A stretch of 47,412 bases of DNA. Origin: Lentisphaerae bacterium RIFOXYA12_FULL_48_11. GTDB taxonomy: Bacteria > Verrucomicrobiota > Kiritimatiellia > UBA8416 > YA12-FULL-48-11. Of the stretch, positions 33,636-42,189 are shown one piece after another. A program made the position numbers and the translations under genes. The first letter of the stretch is position 1. Each line of letters begins with the position of its first letter. A model generated the notes under the pieces. That model was not told the origin of the DNA. It made no database searches and saw only the letters and a list, made by a program, of their open reading frames with translations. The stretch covers positions 28,111 to 75,522 of the forward strand of contig MHBM01000307.1 in NCBI GenBank assembly GCA_001804885.1, given 5' to 3'.

Positions 33636-36600
33636 TCAGCGGTTCCACTCAATAATGAACTTGTAAGCGCTTGTTTTGTCTGCATCATTAAAACCATTAA
33701 GGTAGATGTTAATTACACTCTCTCTGCCACTACTGTTGTCAGGCTGATTAGGGGCCCACGCAGCAAAATCCCATTTTTCGCCGGTTACCCATTTCCATTT
33801 TCCAGTGACAACATCCTTGAATCCGCCCAGGTATGTATAGTCCAGGTTTTGGAAGGTTTCCTGGAGCCATGACCATTTCTCTATACTTGTAACTGTGGCC
33901 AGGTGGCCGCCGAGTCGTTGTGCGAATGCATCTGCATCGCTCCATTTCATCGGTACGGGCGCCATGCAGTAATGGTGTCCAAATGCGGATGTTGTGCCTG
34001 CTGGGAATTCTCCGTTTTTTTCCAGGAATGGAATCAGGAACTCCAGGTACCATTGTGCTGGTTTACATGCATAGGCAAGTGCCGGTACATTGCGGTATTC
34101 CTCGATAATTTTATTTGCTTCAGTTCTTGCTAGGGGGAAATTGTTAATCCTTATTGCTTGTTCGCATTGTTTCAGCAGAGCTATACATTCTATTCCACGC
34201 AGGCTGGTCAGAGATTGAATTGCCTTGATTTGAGGCAGGAGGGCGATCTGGTTGTTGTCCATATAAAGAGTTGTCAGTGGCAATTCCGTAAGCGGGCTGA
34301 GGTCCGTAATGGCCGTGTTCGATATATCTAGCTCATTAATTGACATTCCTTTTAGGGGGGAGAGATCCCTCACGGATGTCGATGTCAGCACCAGGTTGGT
34401 TAGTGGCAGGCTTTTCAGAGGGGCAAGGTTTGAACATTTGCTGCCATACAAAATCAAGGAAGTAACTTTTAATCCTTTCAGTACTGAGAGATCGTTAATA
34501 CCATTAATATAGAGCTTTTTGAGGGGCAAATCTTTTAGAAAATGGAAATCTCTAAAACCTGTATCACGTATATCCAGCTCCTCCAGAGGCATTCCCTTGA
34601 GAGCCGAAATATCCCTGATGCGGCTGCCGCAGAGAAAGAGTGCCTTGAGGGGGGAATTCTTCAGAGGTGTAAGATCTGTCACTTCATTATGATCGGTACG
34701 GAGAAGCGTTAATTCCATGTCTTTAAGAGGGGACAGGTCACTTATTGCTGTGTAACTTATGTCAAGATATGTTAAGGGCAGTCCCCTGAGCAGAGACAGA
34801 TTGTTTACCTTGGAAAGACGAAGGTTCATGTGATTGATCGGCATACCCTGGAGAAGTGATAAATCGGATGACGATGTTGCCGCGAGGCTGACTTTACATA
34901 TATTTTGCGTATCCACCTGCATGGATGTATACTTAAAACCTGAATCGTCCAGGGTTTTTCTTATAATTTTTTCAACTTCATTGCCGCCCCCCATAATAAT
35001 CAGCTGTTGTGCAACGGCGATGGCTTCATCGAATCTCTTCTGGAGCCGAAGGCCGGCATACAATTCACCGACAGTGGCGTTGTAGAACACATTGAATCCT
35101 TTATTCATCTCCAGGAGTTTCTGGCACAGCAATTTGTTTTCGCGTGCCGGCGTAAATGTCGGGTCAATTTTTAAAGCCGTATCATATTCATCTTCGGCTT
35201 CTTTGAGGCGAAGCAGCGTCTGCAGTGCATTACCTTTCAAAGAACGGTATTCTGGATTGTCGGGCATCAGTTCAACTGCCGAAGAGATTCTGCGTAAGGC
35301 TTCAGTTATCTGTTTTTTTTCGATAAATGCTTGGGATAATTCCACAAGATCTGGGATGGAATCGTTAAGGGTTGAGACAGCTACCTTCGCTGTCTGCTCT
35401 TCTTTTTGTGCCAGATACATTGCTTTTTTTGATCTCACCATGAGTACGGTACTGACTATTCCTGTAACTAACGATAGGAACAGAATTGACAGTGTGAGTA
35501 TTGCTACAGTTTTCTGTCGTCGGACAAAGAGTTTGACCTGCCGCCTGAATCCAGCCTGTTCTGCTCTTGTTGCGAACCCATTCTGATATGCGGCGATATC
35601 CTTCTGAAGTTCCTGGACATTCTGGTATCTCTTCCATGGGTCTGCACTAAGTGCCTTCATTGCAACTGCGGCCAGTGAGTCCGGAATTTTCTCAGAAGGC
35701 AGGTGCCGCAACGCGACGTGCTTACTCTGCGTACTTTCCGGCAAATCTTTTTTTGTGACATTATTATAGACGCTAGGTGATGGTATATTGACCATAGCTG
35801 TATTTCTAATTAAATCTCCAAGATCATCGCCAAGAATGGGTGGGTTTAGGGTCAGGATGTTGTAAAGAATGGCGCCAAGTGCAAAGATGTCTGTCCTTTC
35901 ATCAAGTTCTTCTGTTTTGCCGCGGACCTGTTCGGGTGCTATATAACCGAGCGAGCCGACAATGGCGCCGTCTATTAATGCAGGGACCTCATCAGCATTT
36001 GCCGGTTCTTTCGGAATGATAACAAGGTTCTTTCTTTCTTTCTTGGGCAATACCCTTGCCAGCCCCCAATCCATTATCATCACTTCGCCGTAGTCTCCCA
36101 GCATTATGTTCTCTGGGTTTACATCACGGTGTATAACTCTCTTGGAATGTGCGAAGGCTATCGCATTACATATTTTCTGAAAAATTGTAAGAAAATGAGA
36201 GAGCGGATATTTTTTAATGGTTTGTTCGTTCCCGTCGACAATCTTCTGAAGGATCTCCTGCAGTGTTGCGCCCTTGATGAGTTTCATTGTGTAGAAGAGA
36301 TTACCATGTTCATCTACAGCCAGATCGTGTAGCGGTACAATACTTGGATGCTCAAGTTGCCCAGTGATTTGTGCCTCCTCAATAAATCGTTCTATTCTGG
36401 TATTGCTGGCACTTTGTGGATCGAGAAGTATCTTCATCGCCACGTTACGACGGAGATTGATATCTCTGGCGGTAAATATGGCGCCCATGCCTTCCTTGTC
36501 AACAATGTCGCCAAGCTGGTATTTCATATCTTGCTGGGACGTCAGAACCTTTGAAATAGTTGATTCCCCGCTATCAGGCAGGAGGTCTAGTTCTATTCCT

Positions 36601-36839
36601 CCCTTGAGTTGTTTTTGTGACATGAACTCAGCTATCGAAATGCTGTCCTTGTTGATGCCAGATTGAAGAGTCTGCTTTACTGTCTGGAAATTGACATGGA
36701 AGTCGGATGCGTTAGGATGATCAACTTGAATAGAGGGAATGGCCATTTGGGTGTGACATAAAGGACAAAGCACCACCTGTCCGCTATATGTACTCTGGAT
36801 TTCCAGCAACTGTCTGCATCCTGGACATTCGAATTTCAT
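33636..36839 (-). CDS. Paralogous receptor-like kinase: Zn ribbon-kinase-TM-TPR-LRR-C-type lectin (degenerate catalytic motifs)
   Basis: Same domain order as the neighbour, but DKEGMG, HRDVNPEN and GSLGYIAPEQ; CTL domain with WAPNQPDN. Confidence 0.88.
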   Translation of the reverse strand: MKFECPGCRQLLEIQSTYSGQVVLCPLCHTQMAIPSIQVDHPNASDFHVNFQTVKQTLQSGINKDSISIAEFMSQKQLKGGIELDLLPDSGESTISKVLTSQQDMKYQLGDIVDKEGMGAIFTARDINLRRNVAMKILLDPQSASNTRIERFIEEAQITGQLEHPSIVPLHDLAVDEHGNLFYTMKLIKGATLQEILQKIVDGNEQTIKKYPLSHFLTIFQKICNAIAFAHSKRVIHRDVNPENIMLGDYGEVMIMDWGLARVLPKKERKNLVIIPKEPANADEVPALIDGAIVGSLGYIAPEQVRGKTEELDERTDIFALGAILYNILTLNPPILGDDLGDLIRNTAMVNIPSPSVYNNVTKKDLPESTQSKHVALRHLPSEKIPDSLAAVAMKALSADPWKRYQNVQELQKDIAAYQNGFATRAEQAGFRRQVKLFVRRQKTVAILTLSILFLSLVTGIVSTVLMVRSKKAMYLAQKEEQTAKVAVSTLNDSIPDLVELSQAFIEKKQITEALRRISSAVELMPDNPEYRSLKGNALQTLLRLKEAEDEYDTALKIDPTFTPARENKLLCQKLLEMNKGFNVFYNATVGELYAGLRLQKRFDEAIAVAQQLIIMGGGNEVEKIIRKTLDDSGFKYTSMQVDTQNICKVSLAATSSSDLSLLQGMPINHMNLRLSKVNNLSLLRGLPLTYLDISYTAISDLSPLKDMELTLLRTDHNEVTDLTPLKNSPLKALFLCGSRIRDISALKGMPLEELDIRDTGFRDFHFLKDLPLKKLYINGINDLSVLKGLKVTSLILYGSKCSNLAPLKSLPLTNLVLTSTSVRDLSPLKGMSINELDISNTAITDLSPLTELPLTTLYMDNNQIALLPQIKAIQSLTSLRGIECIALLKQCEQAIRINNFPLARTEANKIIEEYRNVPALAYACKPAQWYLEFLIPFLEKNGEFPAGTTSAFGHHYCMAPVPMKWSDADAFAQRLGGHLATVTSIEKWSWLQETFQNLDYTYLGGFKDVVTGKWKWVTGEKWDFAAWAPNQPDNSSGRESVINIYLNGFNDADKTSAYKFIIEWNR

Positions 36840-36904
36840 TTGTGAGGTGGAATTTTATGGGAAAGTTCTTCAAGTTTCAACAACAAGGGACATTAAAACC
36901 ACGC

Positions 36905-36933
36905 TTGCTTCCTGGAAAAGGATAGGGGATAAT
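36905..36933 (+). promoter_or_regulatory. Putative sigma70 promoter of ssrA
   Basis: TTGCTT (36905-36910), 17-nt spacer, GATAAT (36928-36933), 12 nt before the mature tmRNA 5' end. Confidence 0.5.
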
Positions 36934-36945
36934 AATTAAAAATTT

Positions 36946-37301
36946 GGGGGCGACTGGTTTCGACGTGTTGGTTGAAGCTGCAGTTGCGCGCCGAGGATTC
37001 CGGTTGGCCTCGTAAAAAATCCGGAAAAACAACATAAAGGCCAACGAAGAATTGGCTCTCGCGGCCTAATTAAGCCGTGACGTCTCGCCGCTGATATCTG
37101 CTAGGCGGAGTGAGGCGACGACAGCAGGTTAGCCAGTAGCTGGGTGGCCGGGATTACTGGTGAAACACTTTCGTGGCCGCTGGCTGTTGCAATGGCCTGT
37201 CAACCGGCAGTTGCAATGGCGAGAACTAATGGTTGGACACGCGCGTAGATGCTGTAGTGACTCCATCGCGGACGGGGGTTCAATTCCCCCCGCCTCCACC
37301 A
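36946..37301 (+). ncRNA. ssrA: tmRNA (SsrA); tag peptide (A)ANEELALAA
   Basis: 5' GGGGGCG..GGTTTCGAC pairs with 3' CGCCTCC-A-CCA including the G3-U alanine wobble; T-arm GGGGGTTCAATTCCCCC; tag ORF GCC AAC GAA GAA TTG GCT CTC GCG GCC TAA at 37040-37069. Confidence 0.97.
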
Positions 37302-37314
37302 TTCTTGCTTACAT

Positions 37315-37339
37315 TGACAGCAGATGACACGCCTTGACT
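37315..37339 (+). repeat. Three phased direct repeats TGAC(A/T) at a 10-bp period just after tmRNA
   Basis: TGACA at 37315, TGACA at 37325, TGACT at 37335. Confidence 0.6.
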
Positions 37340-37418
37340 CCAAAAGCTAGATTAGTGATCTTTATGTTCTCGGGGGGGATAATTCTTATAATAAATAGCC
37401 ATATGCACGCTAAATACC

Positions 37419-38561
37419 TTAAATTCTGTGATAACGGCAGAAATCCTGGCACAGACGATTGAATGTCTTTCCTTCAATAATACATGCGAACTCTTTTCCT
37501 ACGGCAGTTGCCCGTATCCTGAGATCCTTGTCGTCAGTGATCAGGATAGTGCTTTGTTGATTGTGGGCAGTTATCTTTATCATTTCAAGTATTCGCGGGT
37601 CAGCAAATGCTCCGGGATGGGGGGTCGTGCTTACATTTCCTATAGGAAGAAATCCGGCGCCTTGGAATCGTTCGATTCGATTTAAAGCCAAGCGCGCACC
37701 CTTGCCTTGGCGGGTTTCATATGCATATTTTCTCTTGAGGTTGAAAATTTCGTCGTATTGGATGCCGTCTAACGTGATTTGTTTTTTTGCGTGGTGAAGA
37801 ATCGAAAATAGCGCATTAAACAAAACATTGTATTCGTCGGACATCCAGACGTTAGAGTCTATTATCAGCTGATGGATATTCTTGTTGCTTATAAATTTTT
37901 CACAATTAAAGGCATTTATTTTTGGATCTGCCATTGGGGCGGGGCATGGCCCCGCCTTTATATTGTGTAGGGATGGCGGGCTGTTTGCCATTTGTTGATT
38001 GGGTGAATGAATTTGTTTATTGTCGTGTACTGAGCTGGTGCTGGTAGCTGAGGTTTCTGTCTTGTGGTGTGTTCTTGGCTGAGCCCGGTGATGGTCCAGT
38101 GCTTTCCTTATCTGGTTACCGTACTGTGATCGCATCCAACTTCGTTCCATATTAACATAATGGACACTCTTAATAATCATCTCCAGGCAATAGACTGAAG
38201 GGCCTTTTCTCGGGGGCCATTCCTGAGAAAGGAAATCTTTGAAATCCTGGTTACTCACGAATTTCCACAGATCTTCGATGTGGATTTCCTTGGACCATGA
38301 GTCGGCATTCGGATGAACGCCAATAAGGATGGTTGCCATAATACCCGCAATTCCTTTTGTTCTCTTCCTGGTTATCGATAACTGCTTAATCCCGAAGCCA
38401 AATTGTTTGTCGGCGAAAATATCGTCGGCAGTGTGAATATTATTGTAGTCAAGTCCGCCAAACCAGAAGTAACGTGTAGGGATGAATCCCTTGTATACGT
38501 AATTCTTTCCATCAATGGAGAATCCGATTTCTTTTAAATCAGCTGTTCTTTCTTTTTTCAT
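37419..38561 (-). CDS. Two-domain protein: unknown N-terminal domain, low-complexity linker, C-terminal PIN-like nuclease
   Basis: LIIDSNVWM, QYDEI, ADPRI and LITDDKDLRIRA supply the four PIN acidic positions; AGGTG RBS before ATG 38561. Confidence 0.72.
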   Translation of the reverse strand: MKKERTADLKEIGFSIDGKNYVYKGFIPTRYFWFGGLDYNNIHTADDIFADKQFGFGIKQLSITRKRTKGIAGIMATILIGVHPNADSWSKEIHIEDLWKFVSNQDFKDFLSQEWPPRKGPSVYCLEMIIKSVHYVNMERSWMRSQYGNQIRKALDHHRAQPRTHHKTETSATSTSSVHDNKQIHSPNQQMANSPPSLHNIKAGPCPAPMADPKINAFNCEKFISNKNIHQLIIDSNVWMSDEYNVLFNALFSILHHAKKQITLDGIQYDEIFNLKRKYAYETRQGKGARLALNRIERFQGAGFLPIGNVSTTPHPGAFADPRILEMIKITAHNQQSTILITDDKDLRIRATAVGKEFACIIEGKTFNRLCQDFCRYHRI

Positions 38562-38604
38562 TTCACCTGTATTTTGGCCCGACAATGTATTGAGAATATG
38601 TTCT

Positions 38605-38620
38605 GTTTATCAAGATAAAC
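38605..38620. promoter_or_regulatory. Palindrome upstream of the PIN gene (possible operator)
   Basis: GTTTATC-AA-GATAAAC, 44 nt upstream of the start codon. Confidence 0.4.
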
Positions 38621-38822
38621 TATCAGGTCATTAAGTTTTTCGAGGTGTCGCACATCAAGAAGTAGTCAATCAATATTTATGACAGGATGGAATCGGGGAG
38701 AGATGGTAGTGCTATCTGATGATTTGCAGGAAGGTGTTCTCGATGTCGAATAGTAGTGTGTATGCGTTCCGATAGAGGAATATATTTAACGGTGGTCAGT
38801 CATAAGCGACGTTACTGCTTGC

Positions 38823-39398
38823 TCAATTTTTAATTTCCAATCTTCGTTGAAGCGAATAAACATGTTTTTTATCTTTTGTCCGTCGTGTCCTAATTAGGTC
38901 TTCTGTTTGTCGAGATGCCTCAATCTCGGAACGTATAATATTGATAATCTGCTCTGTTTCCTGCGTGTTTGGGCTGGATTTCTGCCATACCATCATGAAG
39001 TCAAAATGCCCACCATGAACAACTAAATGCCCAGGCACTGGACCCTCAAAAGCACCTAGCAAAACTCCATAACGAAGATATGGATGGATGTTTTTATGAG
39101 TACATGCCTTTTGACCGAAACTTATGGCATCATGTGTTGTAATGGTTTCCAGTTTTGTTTCGATGAGTACCCTGGGACACCAGGACAGGTTTGAAAATGT
39201 TTCTGTTATCAGTATATCAGTCTCGTATGATTGCATTTCCAGTTCAGAAGGTTTGTTGTTTTTCTCATACCTTGTAACACAACCAGCATATGGCAACTTT
39301 TTCCTGGTTAAAACTTGAAGACTTTCATCTCCCATGGCGGAAACAATCTTCTGTATCGAAGGTTGAAGTATATCTTTTACCCATGATGTTTCTTTCAT
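38823..39398 (-). CDS. PD-(D/E)xK restriction-endonuclease-like protein
   Basis: YETDILITE...PRVLIETK (D...ExK) followed by TTHDA..KA..HK..HPYLRYG. Confidence 0.65.
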   Translation of the reverse strand: MKETSWVKDILQPSIQKIVSAMGDESLQVLTRKKLPYAGCVTRYEKNNKPSELEMQSYETDILITETFSNLSWCPRVLIETKLETITTHDAISFGQKACTHKNIHPYLRYGVLLGAFEGPVPGHLVVHGGHFDFMMVWQKSSPNTQETEQIINIIRSEIEASRQTEDLIRTRRTKDKKHVYSLQRRLEIKN

Positions 39399-39705
39399 TG
39401 CTTCACAACCTTTATATTACCATTCAATACGTTTTCAAATTTGACTCAGAATTTTCACGATGAGGAATACGACTCACTTATTACTATATTACAGTTAGAT
39501 ACCTTCAAAGTCACCGCGGATAAATAACTGACATATTACGTAGATTTATGTAAGTAGTTGAATTGTTGTCTTGATTCATACCTTTATTTCATAATCTGTT
39601 TAACATGGTGCCGAAGTCTCACTTTGACATTGGTGAAAAAACGGAATATTATTAAACAAGTCCGCAGATCATATAGCAAGTACAGGTGTAAGAGAGAGGT
39701 GTGTA

Positions 39706-40968
39706 ATGAAACGGTCGCCTGCATTGGTCATATTTGGCAGGCTTTGGTTATTTTGGGCAGTCTTAAGTATTATAATGGCTGAGGGTGCTACTAATACATG
39801 GGATGGTGGTGGAGCAGATGATAGCTGGAGTATCGGGGAGAACTGGAACCCGGACGGTGTAATGCCTGTCAGTGCCAGTAATACCACGGTTAAGTTGGAT
39901 GGTCCTAATCGTACCAGCCCGGTTCAGAATCTCGCTGCTCCGTTCATGTTAAATCGTTTGGAGATTCTGAATGGTACGTCGGCCTTCTATCTTAGCGGTA
40001 GCCAGTTGCAGTTTATTGCGGATGGATTGACGCAACCCAAAATATATTCTACCCGCGAGGCTACCAGTACCATCGCAAATGATATCGATATTCCCGATGG
40101 AACGACGCTTTATTTCGAAATGGGAACCTATCACCTAAATCTCAATGGCATTATATCGGGCGGTGGCAGTATAGACAAGCTTCAGAATGCTGGAGGAATT
40201 ACCCTGAACAACATCTCCAACAGTTTCTCCGGTGGCCTGACGATTCGCGGTATTGATAATGACTGGTATAAGGTCAATGTTAATACCAGCAATGCTTTGG
40301 GGGCTGGCTCTGTAAACCTGTATGGTGGTACGATGATAACTAATGCCGTAAATCCCGGCGGGCTGATCTTCTTCAACACAACCAGTCATACCAACCAAAT
40401 CAATCTCTTCCAGAACTCCCCGATCTTTGTCGGGTTACCGACAGGCGCGGCCAGTGTCACCCTTGACGGAAATCTTGACCTAAACAGCTTCACTCTCACC
40501 TTGCGCGGTGGCGGGACCGGTACGATTAGCGGTATAATTAGTGAAGGTGCCACTAACGCAGTTACAAAGGTCGACTCTGGTACATGGAGGCTCTCTGGTG
40601 AGAACACTTTTACCGGTGCTGTCACTGTAAGTACCGGTATGCTTACGATCAACGGTTCTGTCAATGCTTCTATCAATGTGCAGGACGGGGCTATAGTGAA
40701 TGGTTTTGGAACCCTGAATTGGCATCAAGGCGAAACGGTTGATGTGGCTGGTACGCTTGATATTAGCCAGTTGCATCTCAATCTGCAGGTGCTGGATTCA
40801 GAACGACAGGAATTTATAATTGTGGACTACAGCTCCGGATCCTTGGTGGGAGCGACATTTGCATCCGTTGCAGGAAAACCCAATAATTGCGGACTTATTT
40901 ACGACAGCACTAACAAGCTTATTGTGTTGAGATCTTATAATAAGGGCACAGTGTTTATGATACAGTAA
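39706..40968 (+). CDS. Secreted protein with autotransporter-associated beta-strand repeats
   Basis: Signal peptide; TWDGGG.D..WS...NW; ISGGGSIDK; KVDSGTWRLSGENTFTGAVTVSTGMLTING; no C-terminal beta-barrel; ends KGTVFMIQ. Confidence 0.85.
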   Translation: MKRSPALVIFGRLWLFWAVLSIIMAEGATNTWDGGGADDSWSIGENWNPDGVMPVSASNTTVKLDGPNRTSPVQNLAAPFMLNRLEILNGTSAFYLSGSQLQFIADGLTQPKIYSTREATSTIANDIDIPDGTTLYFEMGTYHLNLNGIISGGGSIDKLQNAGGITLNNISNSFSGGLTIRGIDNDWYKVNVNTSNALGAGSVNLYGGTMITNAVNPGGLIFFNTTSHTNQINLFQNSPIFVGLPTGAASVTLDGNLDLNSFTLTLRGGGTGTISGIISEGATNAVTKVDSGTWRLSGENTFTGAVTVSTGMLTINGSVNASINVQDGAIVNGFGTLNWHQGETVDVAGTLDISQLHLNLQVLDSERQEFIIVDYSSGSLVGATFASVAGKPNNCGLIYDSTNKLIVLRSYNKGTVFMIQ

Positions 40969-41041
40969 CAAAAGGGTGAGTGAGTAACGGAGTTTTAGCT
41001 TCAGAGATTTTTTCTAGTTAAAGAGGATTCAGCTTTTTTAA

Positions 41042-42025
41042 TTATAATTTCAACATGTTGTATGTGGCAAGTGACTGTTTTAAGGAAATTCGTATTTTTG
41101 TGACGAGTTCAGGTGGTTTTAGAACAGTTGCGCCTGTGCCCCAGGAGAGTATCCAGTCTTTTACCTCATTTAAATGGTTGGTCTTGAATTCAAGAATAAG
41201 GCTACCGTCACTTTGATTCATGATCTTTTGGCGGGGGTGCCACAGCCGCTCTCTGATGTATGGAGCAACTTCAGCCGTAAAACGTATCCTCACATCATAA
41301 AAATCTTTTTTCCATATAATTCCAAGTTGATCACCAAACATTTTTTTTCTATTCATGCCTGGTGGTAGTACGAATTTCTCAGATAAAACCTCAGCATTCT
41401 TGATCCTGGATAACGCAAAAGTACGGATCGAGTCTTTTGTGTGACAGTGTGTACTCAGGTACCATTCTCCCTTGTGATTAATTAGGTAATATGGGTCGAC
41501 TTTTCGTTGGGTCATATTTTTCTGTCCTGGACCAGCATACTTGATCATGAGTCTGCAACTGTTCCGTATACCTTTTGCAATTTTATCCCAGATGTTTACA
41601 TCGATATCAGTCACCGGCTCCTGAAAGCAGAGTATCCGGTCGTGGATCCATGATGGGTCGATGGTTGTTTTGACAGGCAGAGAATCCTGGATTTTTGAGA
41701 AGATTGAGCGGAGTTTGCTATAAACAGGCGTGTTGCGGAACTGGCTTAATGCGTGTTCAGCTATAAAAACGGCAAAGAGGTCACTTTCGCTTATGTTGAT
41801 AGAGGGGAGCGCAAAGCGGTTTTCGGTGTAGTAATAACCATGCTTTAAGGAGTCGTATTCGATTGGGGCATCGAGTTCGTATTTCATGTATTCGATGTCG
41901 CGTTGGATGGTTTTGGCGCTGACTTCCCACTCTTGGGCGAGGGTTGTGCAGTTGGGATAGAGTTTCTCTTTTAGTTTTTTGTCGATGAACAGCAGGCGAC
42001 GGTATTGAGGCTTGAACTTGGGCAT
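41042..42025 (-). CDS. HTH-WYL-WCX transcriptional regulator (PafB/DriD/YafY-like)
   Basis: YPNCTTLA..WEVS.KTIQRDI wHTH; RKVDPY.L....GEWYL...C....IRTFALSRI WYL domain; WH..Q...DGSL...WILSWG..A.VL.P WCX domain. Confidence 0.93.
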   Translation of the reverse strand: MPKFKPQYRRLLFIDKKLKEKLYPNCTTLAQEWEVSAKTIQRDIEYMKYELDAPIEYDSLKHGYYYTENRFALPSINISESDLFAVFIAEHALSQFRNTPVYSKLRSIFSKIQDSLPVKTTIDPSWIHDRILCFQEPVTDIDVNIWDKIAKGIRNSCRLMIKYAGPGQKNMTQRKVDPYYLINHKGEWYLSTHCHTKDSIRTFALSRIKNAEVLSEKFVLPPGMNRKKMFGDQLGIIWKKDFYDVRIRFTAEVAPYIRERLWHPRQKIMNQSDGSLILEFKTNHLNEVKDWILSWGTGATVLKPPELVTKIRISLKQSLATYNMLKL

Positions 42026-42087
42026 ATTCAGTCTCCATCAAAATAGTATTAGCATGATATTGTGATATCAAGGTGATTTCAATTGCC

Positions 42088-42138
42088 GACTCCTCCTGTC
42101 TTTGTTTTTCTTTTATTCCACTCGGACATCATCTGTCC
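42088..42138. promoter_or_regulatory. Putative WYL-regulator binding sites
   Basis: Perfect GGACA-TCATC-TGTCC at 42124-42138 and degenerate GACT-CCTCC-TGTC at 42088-42100, in the divergent intergenic region. Confidence 0.6.
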
Positions 42139-42189
42139 TACCCCTTATGTTAATTTGTGTGGCGAAGAAATGAAAAGAAGGAGCGAAAT

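Noticed and set aside
39400-39560. Three ATATTAC copies upstream of the nuclease gene
   Set aside because: Short, irregularly spaced and in AT-rich DNA; compatible with chance.
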